A DNA stretch of 63,215 bases, filler included, from Octopus bimaculoides (GCF_001194135.2; 8 parts of 8 records of this genome joined end to end with filler, not necessarily neighbours in it), one strand, 5' to 3'; counted from the whole stretch's first letter, positions 12,694-25,059 are shown. Notes: a model not told the origin generated them from the letters alone. Numbers and translations: made by a program.

Positions 12694-13343
12694 GTTAACA
12701 CGCCGGGCAAAATGCTTTGAGGAATTTCGTCCGTCTTTACGTTCTGATTTCAAATTCCACCGAGGTTGACTACTTAGCCTTTCAACTATATAAACAAACA
12801 TTGTCTGCTGGTTCAGGGTTGACTCGGTGCAAAACAGCATAACTTTCAGATCACTTGACTATATGAAAAGCAACCAAACGTCCCTCATACCCTTACAGTC
12901 TTTAAAAAAGGAAGGACACATTGGGCAATGCAGACTTAGATATATAAAAAAAAAATAGAGTAATCTAGGTTCATAGGACAGCTGACTATCAGAGAGATAA
13001 CTACTTGCTCGGGGAACTATTCATTAAGTTATAGTAGAGAGATAACTACTTGCTCGGGGAACTAGTCATTAAGTTATAGTAGATAAGTATTCCACTAATA
13101 CTTGTACATTTCAGTAAAGTTCGTATTCTTAGAAAATGATGAGTGTTTCAGAAGCCATATATTTTCACTTTCACTTTAATTTGCCAAATGGTTTATTTGC
13201 TACTGTAGCACAGAATATCTACTTTCAATTTTCGTTATTATCCCAGGAAGCGATAAAATAAGTACCGGTTGAGCACTGAGGTTGATGTCATCGACTTACG
13301 CCCGCCACTGAACTTGCTGGCCTTGTGCCAAAATTTGAAACCA
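12694..13343 (+). mobile_element. tRNA-derived SINE (family 1) split by an inverted duplication
   Basis: 5' part 12694-12784 (B-box-like GATTTCAAATTCC, ends GCCTTTCA). 3' part resumes at 13251 (CGATAAAATAAGTACC...AAATTTGAAACC). Compared with the intact copy at 54911-55149. Confidence 0.8.
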
Positions 13344-13901
13344 GTATTAGCTGCAGTTGTATTGTATCTTTTTCTTTCGAGAATGAAAATATATTCCTGG
13401 AAAAATCATTTAAAATACTCTTCATGGGGAAAATAATTTAAAAAATTATTTTCTTAGGAAATAATTAAAAAGCACTCTTCCTGGAATAATAACGAAAACT
13501 GAAAGTAGATATTCTGTGCTACAGTAACAAATAAACCATTTGGCAAATTAAAGTGAAAGTGAAAATATATGGCTTCTGAAACACTCATCATTTTCTAAGA
13601 ATACGAACTTTACTGAAATGTACAGGTATTAGTGGAATACTTATCTACTATAACTTAATGAATAGTTCCCCGAGCAAGTAGTTATCTCTCTGATAGTCAG
13701 CTGTCCTATGAACCTAGATTACTCTATTTTTTAAATATATATCTAAGTTTGCGTTGCCCAATGTGTCCTTCCTTTTTTAAAGACTGTAAGGGTATGAGGG
13801 ACGTTTGGTTGCTTTTCATATAGTCAAGTGATCTCCTGAAAGTTATGCTATTTTGCACCGAGTCAACCCTGAACCAGCAGACAATGTTTGTTTATATAGT
13901 T
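12784..13901. repeat. Long inverted repeat: arms 12784-13250 and 13477-13901, spacer 226 bp
   Basis: Direct reverse-complement comparison shows roughly 97% identity, a 3-bp indel and a 45-bp tandem duplication (12991-13080) only in the left arm. Confidence 0.95.
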
Positions 13902-14281
13902 TCACTTCGACCTCTTGCTTTCTACGATAGCTTGACTTTCGTTTTGCCCTATGTTCTTACGCTCGCGTGTATATATACAATTATATATATCAGTATTTAC
14001 ATACATACATACATATATATATTAGTGTGGTAAATCCGTGCTTCGTAACAATAAAGGTAGTGCTTACTCAAGGTTTTGATTAGTAATGAAAGGTAATTTA
14101 TAACGACTAATTTCATTGGTTATTTACGCCAAGGCGCTTTGTTTTTTTTTTTATGTCTCTCTTCACCTTCTCCTCCTCCTGCGACCGTAATGCTTCCTTC
14201 CCTCTCTTTAACCATAACCTCTTACTCTGCCTCCTTATATAGAAATTGTCGTCATCGCCATCGTCGTCTTTTCACAGCGCA

Positions 14282-14316
14282 TATAAAGGCCTGCTACAAC
14301 TTGCGCGGTGATCATT
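14282..14316 (+). promoter_or_regulatory. TATA box plus initiator, putative NAMPT core promoter
   Basis: TATAAA at 14282-14287 and TCATT Inr at 14312-14316 (A+1 = 14314, 32 nt from the TATA start). No ATG between the Inr and 14405. Reverse CCAAT (ATTGG) near 14115. Confidence 0.65.
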
Positions 14317-14404
14317 GAGAAACGATACATTTCAGACACTCTTCAATTTTAATAATCATTTATAAATTGTATTTGATTCCAAACATTTCTCAGAATTTCT
14401 TACA

Positions 14405-14476
14405 ATGTCATCTGATCAAGATCCTTTCCCATTCACTTCACTTGATAATATTATTTTGTTGACTGATTCGTACAAG
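14405..14476 (+). CDS. NAMPT: Nicotinamide phosphoribosyltransferase, coding exon 1 (24 codons)
   Basis: MSSDQDPFPFTSLDNIILLTDSYK followed directly by GTAAAT. This matches the NAMPT N-terminal motif (human NILLATDSYK), with a phase-0 donor after K as I recall for vertebrate exon 1. Supported by the upstream TATA/Inr. Confidence 0.85.
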
Positions 14477-15669
14477 GTAAATATTTATATTTTGTATTTT
14501 CAATAGAAAAATAGTATTAAGAATGAAAGCGAAAAACCTCAATTAGGCGGCGGGAGGAAGAATACTTTTTGTTTTATTTTTTTCCTTTAATAATTTTTAA
14601 CATTACATTTTTGCTAAAGTTTAAATTAACAATAATTGTAAATATATTGTTTTTAGGTTAAATACTTTGTTTTGTACTAATTTGAATTTTCAGTTTTAAC
14701 AAAATCCTTGTTTTCATTCATGTATATTGCATGCGACCGGCACACATGTATCATCATCACTATTTATAGGAAAGCGTGCATAGCAACACCAGTCAACTTA
14801 ATGCCAACGAGGAATAATAAAGCGTTAAAATTAATAATATATTCTGTTTCTATAAAAAATAATCACTGAACCATTACTGTTATGCAAGTCTCCATTCTGA
14901 TTTCGTACAACGTATTGGTATTCTTTTGGGTTTTTTTAAATACTCATTTGTAAACTTTCGTTTTAGTGAATGATTTCTAATTTTACGATTTTCACTTAGG
15001 GTTGATATTCACCTTACTATTAAACAAAACAAAATCTTGCTTAAAACTCATCTCTTTACTTTTGATCTCGACGTCTATTCAGTAAACAATTCTCTTTACG
15101 ATTCACTAGGAATTTGCCCCACCCTTTTTATTGCGCAACGTTACACAAGACAATTGTTGTTCAGTCTCGAGTCAACCCTGATCGATCAGACCTCTGATCA
15201 AAGGTATTCCAATCATGATCATACGTTTTCAGCTTTATGTAAGACTACATTATGTAAGACTATAGAATCTGGTTTAAGGGGAAATCTTACAGATGGTCTA
15301 ATGATGTTGTTTCTCTTGCTTGTTCTGGAGACAATTAAGTTCAGTACACGAGTCAGAGTTCGTCGAGTTGTGAAGTATTTTTTTATATTCTTTTTAAGTA
15401 AATCTTCCGGCGATCCTCGGGTATAACGAACTAGTTTTACTTTCTTAAACTTAAGCTGATGCAATTTGGCGGCGGCGGAGTACTTTTATATTGATGCTGT
15501 GCTGCGGCCAAATTCGTCATCATAAGGGACATTTTAAAGTTTCATTGTTCTAAATAGAAAGGTGTGAATTGTATCGAATTGTTTAAGCGTTTTTCATCAA
15601 TATTGGTAATCCTTTAGTATAACGCTCCACTTTCACATCTGTGGAGTTACTGCTACTATCGTTTTAGAC

Positions 15670-15902
15670 CAGTGATTCCCAACGATTACTTTTACATTTG
15701 GACCCCTTTTGATTTTCTTTAGGTGGACCCTCATAGTCTTTCGATATTTAAGAAATTTTATTATATTTTTAATAATTAAATAATTATCAGGAACTATTAA
15801 AAATAGTTTAAATATTTTGCGTATTGTAGAAGTATATAACCAGTTTATTGCTCATAAATCTTAACAACAAATTCTTATGTGGACTCCTATTGAGAGCCAC
15901 TA
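15670..15902. mobile_element. hAT (Buster-type) MITE
   Basis: Left TIR CAGTGATTCCCAAC preceded by TTTTAGAC (nnnTAnnn). Degenerate right TIR ATTGAGAGCCACTA (9/14 match); TSD not conserved. Confidence 0.5.
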
Positions 15903-16859
15903 ACATTGAACAAGGTGTCCGAAACAAAAATAAGCAACGTCGCAAAAGAAGCACAAAAAGCAGTTTCACTATGTAGAACATAATATTCAAAGGGTCATCA
16001 GATTTTGTGTTTCAGATGGAATATAAGGCACTTTATTGTTTCCAGGATTTCATGTATGGGCGAATAGTGAAAGTTAATTTCTTTATACAAATCCGATTCG
16101 AATCCAGTATTTTAAAATAATTAATCAAAACCAATATTAGTGGGTTTTCATTGAGTTTCATATCGTTATTACAAACTATCAAACTTTTGTTCCATAATAC
16201 TTAATTTTCGAAAAGTTGTTTGGCCCAGGTCAACCCTGACTTTTAACCAAAAGCATTCCGGCTGTGATCATCCAGTCTTTCTCCAATGTGTAGTAAACCC
16301 AGGATTACATTATCCAAAGTGTCCTTTTCTAGAGACTGAAGGATATTTTGCTACGTAGAATTTCCCTCGCTCTATTTGATACGGTGTAGCAATCATTTTA
16401 ACGTTACTGTTTCAGTCGAATTAACAAAATATTTTGATTACATTGATAATTAACATTTGCAAATCGTATTCGAATTTTTCCTGGTTGTAGTTAGGATATG
16501 AAACTTAGTGAAATGATGGATTTGAAATGTATAAAATCTATCATTTGTAATAAATAACATCATTTTGGCAAGGTGAACACTTTCGTAAAGACCCGGATAT
16601 GAAAAAGCGCCGAATATAAATTTCGATATTTCACAACATACCATTTCAATTCTAGCAAAAATCGTTTTCACTTGATCTGTGAACCTTCTAGTTTCAGTAC
16701 TTATTCTTACCGATTTCTTTTCCCGAACCACTAAGTTATAGGGACGTAAACAAACAACCGGTTGGCAAACGGAGGTGGAGGTCAAATAGAAAGGTACACG
16801 CCTTTTTTTTCGCTCCTATTTGTGATTCCTTTTGTTTTGGATTTGGATTTTAATGTGGT

Positions 16860-16874
16860 TTTGTATTATATATG

Positions 16875-16912
<38 letters not shown>

Positions 16913-16982
16913 TATATATGTATTATATATGTATTATATATGTATTATATATATATATATATATATATATGTATTATATATG

Positions 16983-17024
<42 letters not shown>

Positions 17025-17040
17025 GTATATACATATTACT
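16860..17040. repeat. (TA)n / TATATG-type compound microsatellite
   Basis: Directly visible. Confidence 0.95.
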
Positions 17041-17439
17041 TATATAACACGTATTTATATACATACGTGTTATATAAGTAATAAAAGAAAATTTCTTTTA
17101 AAAAAAATGCAATGTATCGGTTTTGGTCTCGAGAAAGTGAAACTGTTCGGCAACGTCTGTAAAACTTTTAGTTCTTTACTTTATTTTTCAGCTAATACAC
17201 AGACCTCTTACATACATCATACATATATATACAAACACACACAAATGTACATAAACATATACATAAACATAAGCGATTCGTAAAATATTTACGTTTGTAT
17301 GTATGAGTGTGTATGTGTGTCACTGTTCAAGTAGCTCGTGCAAAATGAAAGACATGTGTTGTGTGTGTGTGTGTGTGCGATCATCTTTTTCACTAACCGA
17401 TTGATTGTCAAAAAGAAAAAGAAAAAAAATTATACAGAT

Positions 17440-17840
17440 ATATAGCACATTTCTACGAAAGTGTACCCCTCCATTGATTTTGTTTTCTCATAACTTCCAG
17501 AAAAATTGATATTTTTTAATGAAATTTTATATAAATGCACTTCAGATGGTCTAGATTCCGATTATGGCGGAATTCATCGTAAAAAACTTTTTCCAAGAGT
17601 GGGGAGAGAAGTTTTCGAAAATTCACACGAGTCGGTTTAGAAAAATAGGTATTTTTCAATGAAATTTCTACAAATGCCTTAAAGTGTAGATGGTAATTAT
17701 ATCAAAATTTAATAAAAACAAAAACAAATGTTGGACTCGCACACACGGCATATCTACTAAATGAATCTTGAAATTTCGAAAGAAATTTATGTATTTTTTT
17801 ACATTAATTTCCGATATAATGGTAATCTACACTATTTGAT
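17440..17840. repeat. AT-rich interspersed repeat, unclassified
   Basis: 17780-17840 (TTTTACATTAATTTCCGATATAATGGTAATCTA...TATTTGTAGAAAATTT) recurs at about 48500-48570. Confidence 0.4.
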
Positions 17841-18491
17841 GGATATTTGTAGAAAATTTCATAAATACGCACAGAAAGACAAAATAGGCAGAACAAGAGG
17901 AGACACGTGGGACAGAATGTAGTTGAAGAGGTCACAGTGTGTGTGACGAAAGAACTTTGACAAGTAAACTAAAAATGATAAAGCTAAAGTGAAATCAAAT
18001 AAATGGTGTGTGTTTAAACGGCGAAAGATGACCATTCCCAAGCAAAACGATATAGGTGGGGTGGGGCAAAATTAGTAACCGGGGTAAAATGAGTAAACTA
18101 AGTTCTCGTTATTTTCTCCCAAGCTGTTTGAAATCATTACAGCGCAAGTATTGCATAATCTTTTGAAAAGTTACTAATTATTGAAGTTGAGAGCGTATTT
18201 AAGGAAGCTGGTAACGATTCGGTGAAAATAGCTAAACAGTGCAAATTGGACAAACCCAGTACTATTATTTGTTTAAAATTATTAATAGAGCTTATGAAAA
18301 AATCCCAACTAATTTCTCTTATTTTAGCTTTAAAAACAAAGAAAACAAATAGATAAATTATTCTCATGAAAAAATATTGAATAATTTCTATTATTTTACC
18401 TCTTGACCTACAAGAAATCGTAGCCTAATCCCTTGAAATGCCCCCCTCCCCGATAATCGGATACAAGCGTTACATGGCATATATACATACA

Positions 18492-18691
18492 TATTATTAA
18501 AATTATAATTAAGGGTATCAAAGAGATACCACCATGCTAGATATAGCAGCCAAAACTTGACTCTAAAACCACATTAAATGTTCTCTCCTGGTGCTGTATG
18601 AACATTTAATGTGGTTTTAGAGCCAAGTTTTGGATGCTCTATCTAGCATGGTGGTATCTCTTTGATACCCTTAATTATAATTTTAATAATA
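18492..18691. repeat. Near-perfect hairpin, 92-bp arms, 16-nt loop
   Basis: Arms 18492-18583 and 18600-18691 are reverse complements with about 3 mismatches. Confidence 0.95.
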
Positions 18692-18759
18692 ATTATTACC
18701 TTTGAGGTATTTATTCCCATGCTGGTCACCTGATAAGATCGGTATTTTTGTGTCTTTGT

Positions 18760-18950
18760 CCCCTACCACAGCTTGACAACTGGTGTTGGTTTGTAACGTC
18801 CCCCATAACTTAGCGGTTCGCCAAAACTCGAGCAATAGAATTAGTATCAGTGTTTTAATAAAAATAAGTACTGAGGATCGATTTCTTCGACTAAATCCTT
18901 CATAGCTGTTCCCCAGCATGACTGCAGTCTGAAACAAATAAAAGATGACC
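18760..18950 (+). mobile_element. SINE family 2, 3' half
   Basis: Matches the 3' half of the full copy at 32744-33224 (TTGACAAC...GTCCCCATAACTT.GCGGTTCG...CCAGCATG.CTGCAGTC...TGAAACAA). Confidence 0.75.
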
Positions 18951-20127
18951 AATGATCGAAGACATTTCAGTCTGGCCATCTCGTCTCTAGAACTAGGACC
19001 GCATAGATTTCGTCTGATACTGTGCCTCTTCCCATCTTTTTTTCAAGTTGGAACTACTTATCGCCAGTTTTGTATTTAATGAAAGAAAAGGAGGAGAATT
19101 AAATGCATCACTACAATGAGAAACTTGAAATAAAAACTATCAAAATACAAAATAAGAACTAGATTTCTACACTTTCATTTTGCTCACTTCTAGGAATCTT
19201 TTGCACATTACTTTCACATTTCAATTCTTGGAAAACTGAAAGTGATTTATTTTTTTAATCTAATTCGACAATTATCATTTTATTGTGGCAAAATGTAACT
19301 GTAATCTTAGTGGTATATTTACTTTTAGATATTTTATTTCATATTGCAGTTCGGAACAAGGAACAAAAAATCAGACAATTTATTTAATTTATTCATTTGT
19401 GTATAGAACAAATAAATATGCATTTATTTATCCGTACATGTATTGTTGTTGCACTAGTTGGCTTTTTTTTACAAAATATGCATGCAAAATAATGAAAACA
19501 ATGCATATTTAATGAAGTATCGAACTGTTTCACTTATTTTATCTTTTACTTGCTTCATTCATTGGGATTGCGTCAGTGCTGGGGCACATAGTACTCATTT
19601 TGAAATCACAGAGTTGCGTGTAAGAATATTAAAATATTCCTGTACTTGAATGCTACCTTGTTTTTCGACCTCAGGAGAATAAAACGGCAACGTTTTATAT
19701 GGATTGGCAGGATTTGAAGTCAACTAAATACTTGCTTTTACGACTGTATCTCATTTTATTAATATAATGGACTATATGTAATCTGAACCTTTCCCCCCCT
19801 TATTTATTAATTTTTTTTACGGAATCCCACGTTTTATGCTATGGAGATTCCGATTCTGAAAAAAAATTTTTTGAAAAATTTCAANNNNNNNNNNNNNNNN
19901 NNNNNNNNNNNNNNNNNNNNNNNNNNNNTTAATTAATTAANNNNNNNNNNNNNNNNNNNNNNNNNNNNNNNNNNNNNNNNNNNNAAAAGAGTTCTATAAA
20001 ATAAGCAAATATATTTTAAAATTAAGTATTGTAGGCGGGGGAGGGGATCGATTTATTTCACTAAACCTTTCAAAATGGTGCTTCAACATTGGAACAAGAG
20101 ACTGATAAAAGCTGATATGTATGTGTA

Positions 20128-20159
<32 letters not shown>

Positions 20160-20214
20160 TGTATGTGCGTGCGTGGTCGTGTGCGTGTGTGTGTATATAT
20201 ATATAGCATAACAA

Positions 20215-20990
20215 AGGCAGCTATTCATACAAAATTCAATTGCCATTGGTTGTGACTGAGGGCGCCGGGTAGCAATATGCTTGGAATAAGATTTAAAACT
20301 CCTTAGAGCCGCAAGAAAGCACGTTCTCACACACTGACAGGTGAGACAACCGTTCCACAGCGATGCCAGATCACCTCAGTAGACCAGCCCTGCCTGATTA
20401 TTACAAAGTCATCAGTATTGACTAACCCATCGCTGGATGGTCTAACCAAGTCCTGACTGTCAGGATATATATTTACCAAAAGGCTAATGTGGAAACTATA
20501 AAATAATAGAGGCAGCTATACACAAACCAAAACCAAAAAAGGAAAAGTTCAATTGTCACGAATTGTGACTGGGCGTGCCGGGTTGCACCTAAATTGCTAG
20601 AAATAAGAGCTAAAAACCCTTAGTGCTACAAGAAAGCAATATAAAACCAAAAATGAAAAAAATAAATTTTTCCTTTTTGTTTATAGCTGCCTTCGTTATT
20701 TTATAATTTTCGCATTAGTATTTTACTAACTCTGCCATAAATTCATATGATAAATATATATGCTGACATTAAGAATTCGGCCATACCATCCAGCGATCGG
20801 GTGATCACTGCTGATGAGCTTGTAATTTTCAGACGGGGCTGGTTTAATGTATTAATTTGGCTTCGCTGTGGAACGATTGTCTCTGCTGTTAGTACGTGTA
20901 AATGTACTTTTTTGCGGCTCTAAGAATTTATAACTCTTATTTCTAGCAATATAGCTGCTACTCAGTACCCTCAGTCACAAACATACACAT
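20215..20990. repeat. Old foldback repeat with partial tandem unit
   Basis: About 20250-20520 is a diverged reverse complement of about 20680-20990. 20505-20640 repeats 20215-20320 in tandem. Confidence 0.6.
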
Positions 20991-22185
20991 ACATATATAT
21001 ATATATATGCACACACATATTTATATATCACATATGTTTTTATATGTGTACTTCACACATGAGTGTAGTTTACGTGTGTGCGTGTGCGTATGTGTGCTCG
21101 CGTCGGCGTGTATCACAGCTCTTTATCTATATCGTAGTGATTCATAAAAGTGCTACTTTCCTACTGCTTCTATCACGCTGAATACTCGCATCGACTTATG
21201 TTCATGCCATTAATAATTTCTTCATTCACATTTCTCTTAATGAGATATATCAGATTAACGTTTTGTTTTTGCTGCTTTTGTAATTGTTTTTCGTTTACAT
21301 TGTAAGGATTTTTTTTTCTTTATTCTCTTTTGTTAAATGTTCGGTTGCTTTGTTTTTAACATCTCCGATGTCTGCACGTAAAGATGAGAGATTTTTGAGC
21401 TTCTAAAAGCTAAACCTGTATTTTCTGACATTGGATTCTAACAGTGGTCATCGACTAAGTCCTTCGTGAATTTCTTGAGGAGTTAATGGAACCTGAGTGT
21501 GGGGTTGGTAAACGTAATACCTGTCAAGTTTGCAAGGGAACTGACAATATAGAATTTCATTTTAATGTCGCAGCTAAACCTTTGAATACATTAAGATTGG
21601 GTTCCATTTGCTTGTCATATTTTGCATAGCACACACACACATACACACACACACACACANNNNNNNNNNACACACATTAATATATATATATGTGTGAGTA
21701 TCTTTTATAAGAATCTGAGGCGCTCATCCTTCGTCCTTATAGACAATCTGCTTCCAAGTGTTAGTTTACACTCAAGCAAGGAATTTGGGGAAATATGAGC
21801 ATTCAATCCCACGGGTTTTCGAAACGATGTTGTGTTCGGTACATTTCGGTGTAAATACTACCCTACCATTTAATTCACGTGAATCAGTTTGTCGTATTAA
21901 AGGCTTTATATTTATATATTCATATTAATCCTCCTTCATACGCTGATTGCGATTTGTCCGCTTATTTTGTGCTTTCAATCTGAAAATTGTTTTTCTGTGC
22001 ACCATTAAATTTTTTTTTTCTCTGTGGTCAGTAAATGTTATTTCCTTGTTGCTTCTATCTAAAAATAAAAGGAAATGACTATTATTCCCTTCAAACTTTG
22101 CTTTTGTCACCTGGACATCAATGTTTTGAAACTGACCTATTTTCCATTACATTTCAGGTAATTCCAGCACTGAGTTGCTATAGCA

Positions 22186-22338
22186 GAAATATTCTTTTCT
22201 ACTCTAGGCACAAGGCCTAAAATTTGCGGGGAGGGGATGAGTCGATTACATCGACTCCAGTACACAACTGGCACATAATTTATCGACCCCGAAAGGATGA
22301 AAGGTAAGGTCGACCTTGGCGGAATTCGAACTCAGAAA
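22186..22338 (-). mobile_element. SINE family 1, 5'-truncated
   Basis: GTCGATTACATCGAC...ATCGACCCCGAAAGGATGAAAGG...GGCGGAATTCGAACTCAGAA, as in 54911-55149. Confidence 0.8.
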
Positions 22339-22819
22339 GTTGACTTCGCGAGTTAAGCACCAGTATATCACTGGAGTCAATATTATCGACATCCCACCTC
22401 ACACTCCACTTAATTTCTTGAATTGTGCCTGGTGGTGGTGGTGGTAATTATAGTAGTGATGATGGTGGTGGTGGTGAGGCCTAGTCCTATGAAACTTCCT
22501 CCTTAGTTGAAGAAAAAATAAGAACCATATTCCTGGAAAGTAGTTGTTGACGACTCTCAAGATAAAGGGGAGATAATTTCCAGAATTAAAGAAGTAATTT
22601 CACAAAAAATCATTTCCACGCATAAAACAAAATATGGTCTTTGTTAAAAGGCACGGTAACAATTACAGACATTTCTAGGTCCCCTCGTGGCCTAGTCAGC
22701 GCAGGACGCGCAACATTTAAAACAGCTTGATCTGTTGACAAATGTTTTATTTCTGTATATTTTCTTTAACATGTAGAAAAAAATGTTACGAATGTTTTGT
22801 TTTTTTTCTTTTTGTTCTA

Positions 22820-23645
22820 TGACTCAAAAAAAAACCGGAATTTTGCAATATTATTTTATTCACTTAGTTTTATAGGTTCACTCGTTTATTGCCTTTAAAA
22901 TATTCTCCATTTGAAGCAATGCATTGGTCCGGGGGCGTTTTCCACTATTCGAAGCAGTGCTGGAACTCTTGCGAAGTGATGCCTTTTAATTCCTCCGGCG
23001 TTTTTTTCTTCACCTCTTCCACATCTGAAAATCCCGTAGCATCAAATTCCGTCACCAGTGATGACCTCCGAAAAAAGGTCCGGATCATCTTCCATTTGTT
23101 CTTTCAGTTCACGACACGAATTCAGCCGTGACTACTTTTGATCATCCGTGAGCAAGCGTGACCCAAGTTTTGCTGCAACTCTTTTCATTTGCAATCTCTC
23201 GCTCAAAATTCGTTGGCAGGACCTCCAGAACATACCAGTCATATCATCAAGTTCGTCAATTCTTTGGTGACGGCCCTCCAAAACCAGTCCATGAATTTTC
23301 ATGATGTTTTCATTCAACGGTCGTCCTGAACAAGGCTGGTCTTCAAGCAACAACTGACCATTTCTAAAGCGTGGAAACCACTTGTAAACTTGTGTTTTGC
23401 TCATTGCAGCGTTCTCCTTGTATACTGTTGAAGCATGACAACTGTTTCGGCCGCCGTTTTCCCCAGTAGCAAAGAGAATTTCACGGAAGCACGCTGTTCC
23501 TTCGCTTCAACCACGGCAAAAATTGATGAACAGGAGAGAAGCACTGTAAAACAAAGACGCACTACATGGCAGTACGCCTTGATATGAAGTAGCCGGTCGC
23601 ATGTCTAACAGAGAACGTTTCCGGTTACTTTTGGATACCCTGTCG
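22820..23645 (-). mobile_element. mariner element with internal deletion
   Basis: EQRASVKF...GKTAAET, MSKTQVYKWF..F..G...LED.PCSGRP, KRVAAKL..RLLT and EVITGD joined directly to FSDVEEVK...CIASNGEYF. Right TIR followed by TA (23646-23647); left TIR degenerate after TA 22818-22819. Confidence 0.85.
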
Positions 23646-24334
23646 TATATTAAACGAAATACACATAAGGTGCACAATAGCACGAAAATTTAAGTACGAT
23701 GTAATGTACGCCAAAACTCTTTTAGTTTATTTACATCTCAGTCAAACAGAAAAACCCTAGAAGTAATTGTTATCAACCATCAAGGAAACGAGAAGATAAC
23801 TCCATGAAATTAAGAATGAATTAAAATACTAAATGGAAATTGTGATCTTTGTTAGCGGGGAAGATGACGTCTACACCTTAGTTTCGGTTACATTGGACCT
23901 CGTCAGCGAAACTTCATTTAGATCTATGCATGTTTTGTCCCTCGACAAAAAACTTTTTGCAGTTGGAAATATATTTCGAAAATTTTCTGAGTTTTTTCCT
24001 TTTTTTCTTTTTTTGTTTACATGAAGAGTAACTTCATATTTTCTAAAGATTTTGCTCAAATTTCTATAATTTTCAAGAAAAGAATGTCACTCTAGACTGT
24101 TATATAATTGTTTTTATATCCTATTGTATATTTATATTTCACACTTTCTCTACACTTCCCCCTCCCTCTCCCTCTCTCTCTTTCTCTCTTTCTTTTCAAT
24201 CATTCTATCTTTTCCTCTTATCACCTTACACGTACTTCCACTCCCTATCTTTCTTTTACCTTCCGTTTCTGACCACATCTTTTTCTTACTCTGCTCCAGA
24301 CTCATTCCTTCTCTTTCTTTTGTTCTATCTAATT

Positions 24335-24409
24335 CTCACTCTTCATCACCGTCCCCACTCTCTTTCCCTACTATCTGTCCCTCTCTGTCCCTATCTCTCT
24401 CTCTCTCCT

Positions 24410-24462
<53 letters not shown>

Positions 24463-24586
24463 CTCTCTCTCTCTTCCAGTGTTTTCCTTTTTTCAGTTAT
24501 ACCTTTCTCTTCAACCTTTTTATTGAGCAGAGAACAACTTGCCATTATATAATTTTTTTTATTATACGTGTACACAAACACACACA

Positions 24587-24645
<59 letters not shown>
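24335..24645. repeat. (CT)n and (CA)n microsatellites
   Basis: Directly visible. Confidence 0.95.
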
Positions 24646-24648
<3 letters not shown>

Positions 24649-24918
24649 CACAGAATTGCATAAGTGAATAAATACTTCACGATGGAATTTACACTTGTTT
24701 TAACATGCAATTATGTGTGCATGTGTGTCCCCCGTTCCGTTCAGTTCGTTTCTGTTTTTCTCACCTCTTTCGTCTCCTCTACTACCNNNNNNNNNNNNNN
24801 NNNNNNNNNNNNNNNNNNNNNNNNNNNNNNTTAATTAATTAANNNNNNNNNNNNNNNNNNNNNNNNNNNNNNNNNNNNNNNNNNNNGTATTAGTTTAACG
24901 CTTGGGAAGTGAGAAAGT

Positions 24919-24954
24919 CTTTTACATTTCGAGCCTACGCTCTTCAAATGAAAG
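24919..24954 (-). ncRNA. Decayed minimal type-I hammerhead-like motif
   Basis: Minus strand: CTTT-CATTTGA-A-GAGC(GTAG)GCTC-GAAA-TG-T-A-AAAG. Stems I and II and GAAA are in place; the core differs from CUGANGA at 3 positions. Confidence 0.4.
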
Positions 24955-25059
24955 GAACACAAAAATAAACAGGGACAGGAAATAGAAAATAGAAAATAAT
25001 AAAAATAGAAAAAAGTTTAGTGGCTAACGATCTATCATGTATGTGTGTGTGTGTGTGTA

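Noticed and set aside
20808-20880. CTGATGAG motifs at 20810, 6627 and 11324 as hammerheads
   Set aside because: No GAAA directly after a closing stem II and no stem I partner. The 6627 hit lies inside the hAT subterminal region.
17900-21890. CACGTG E-boxes as circadian control of NAMPT
   Set aside because: Isolated 6-mers are expected by chance, none lies in the proximal promoter, and one is beyond a linker gap.
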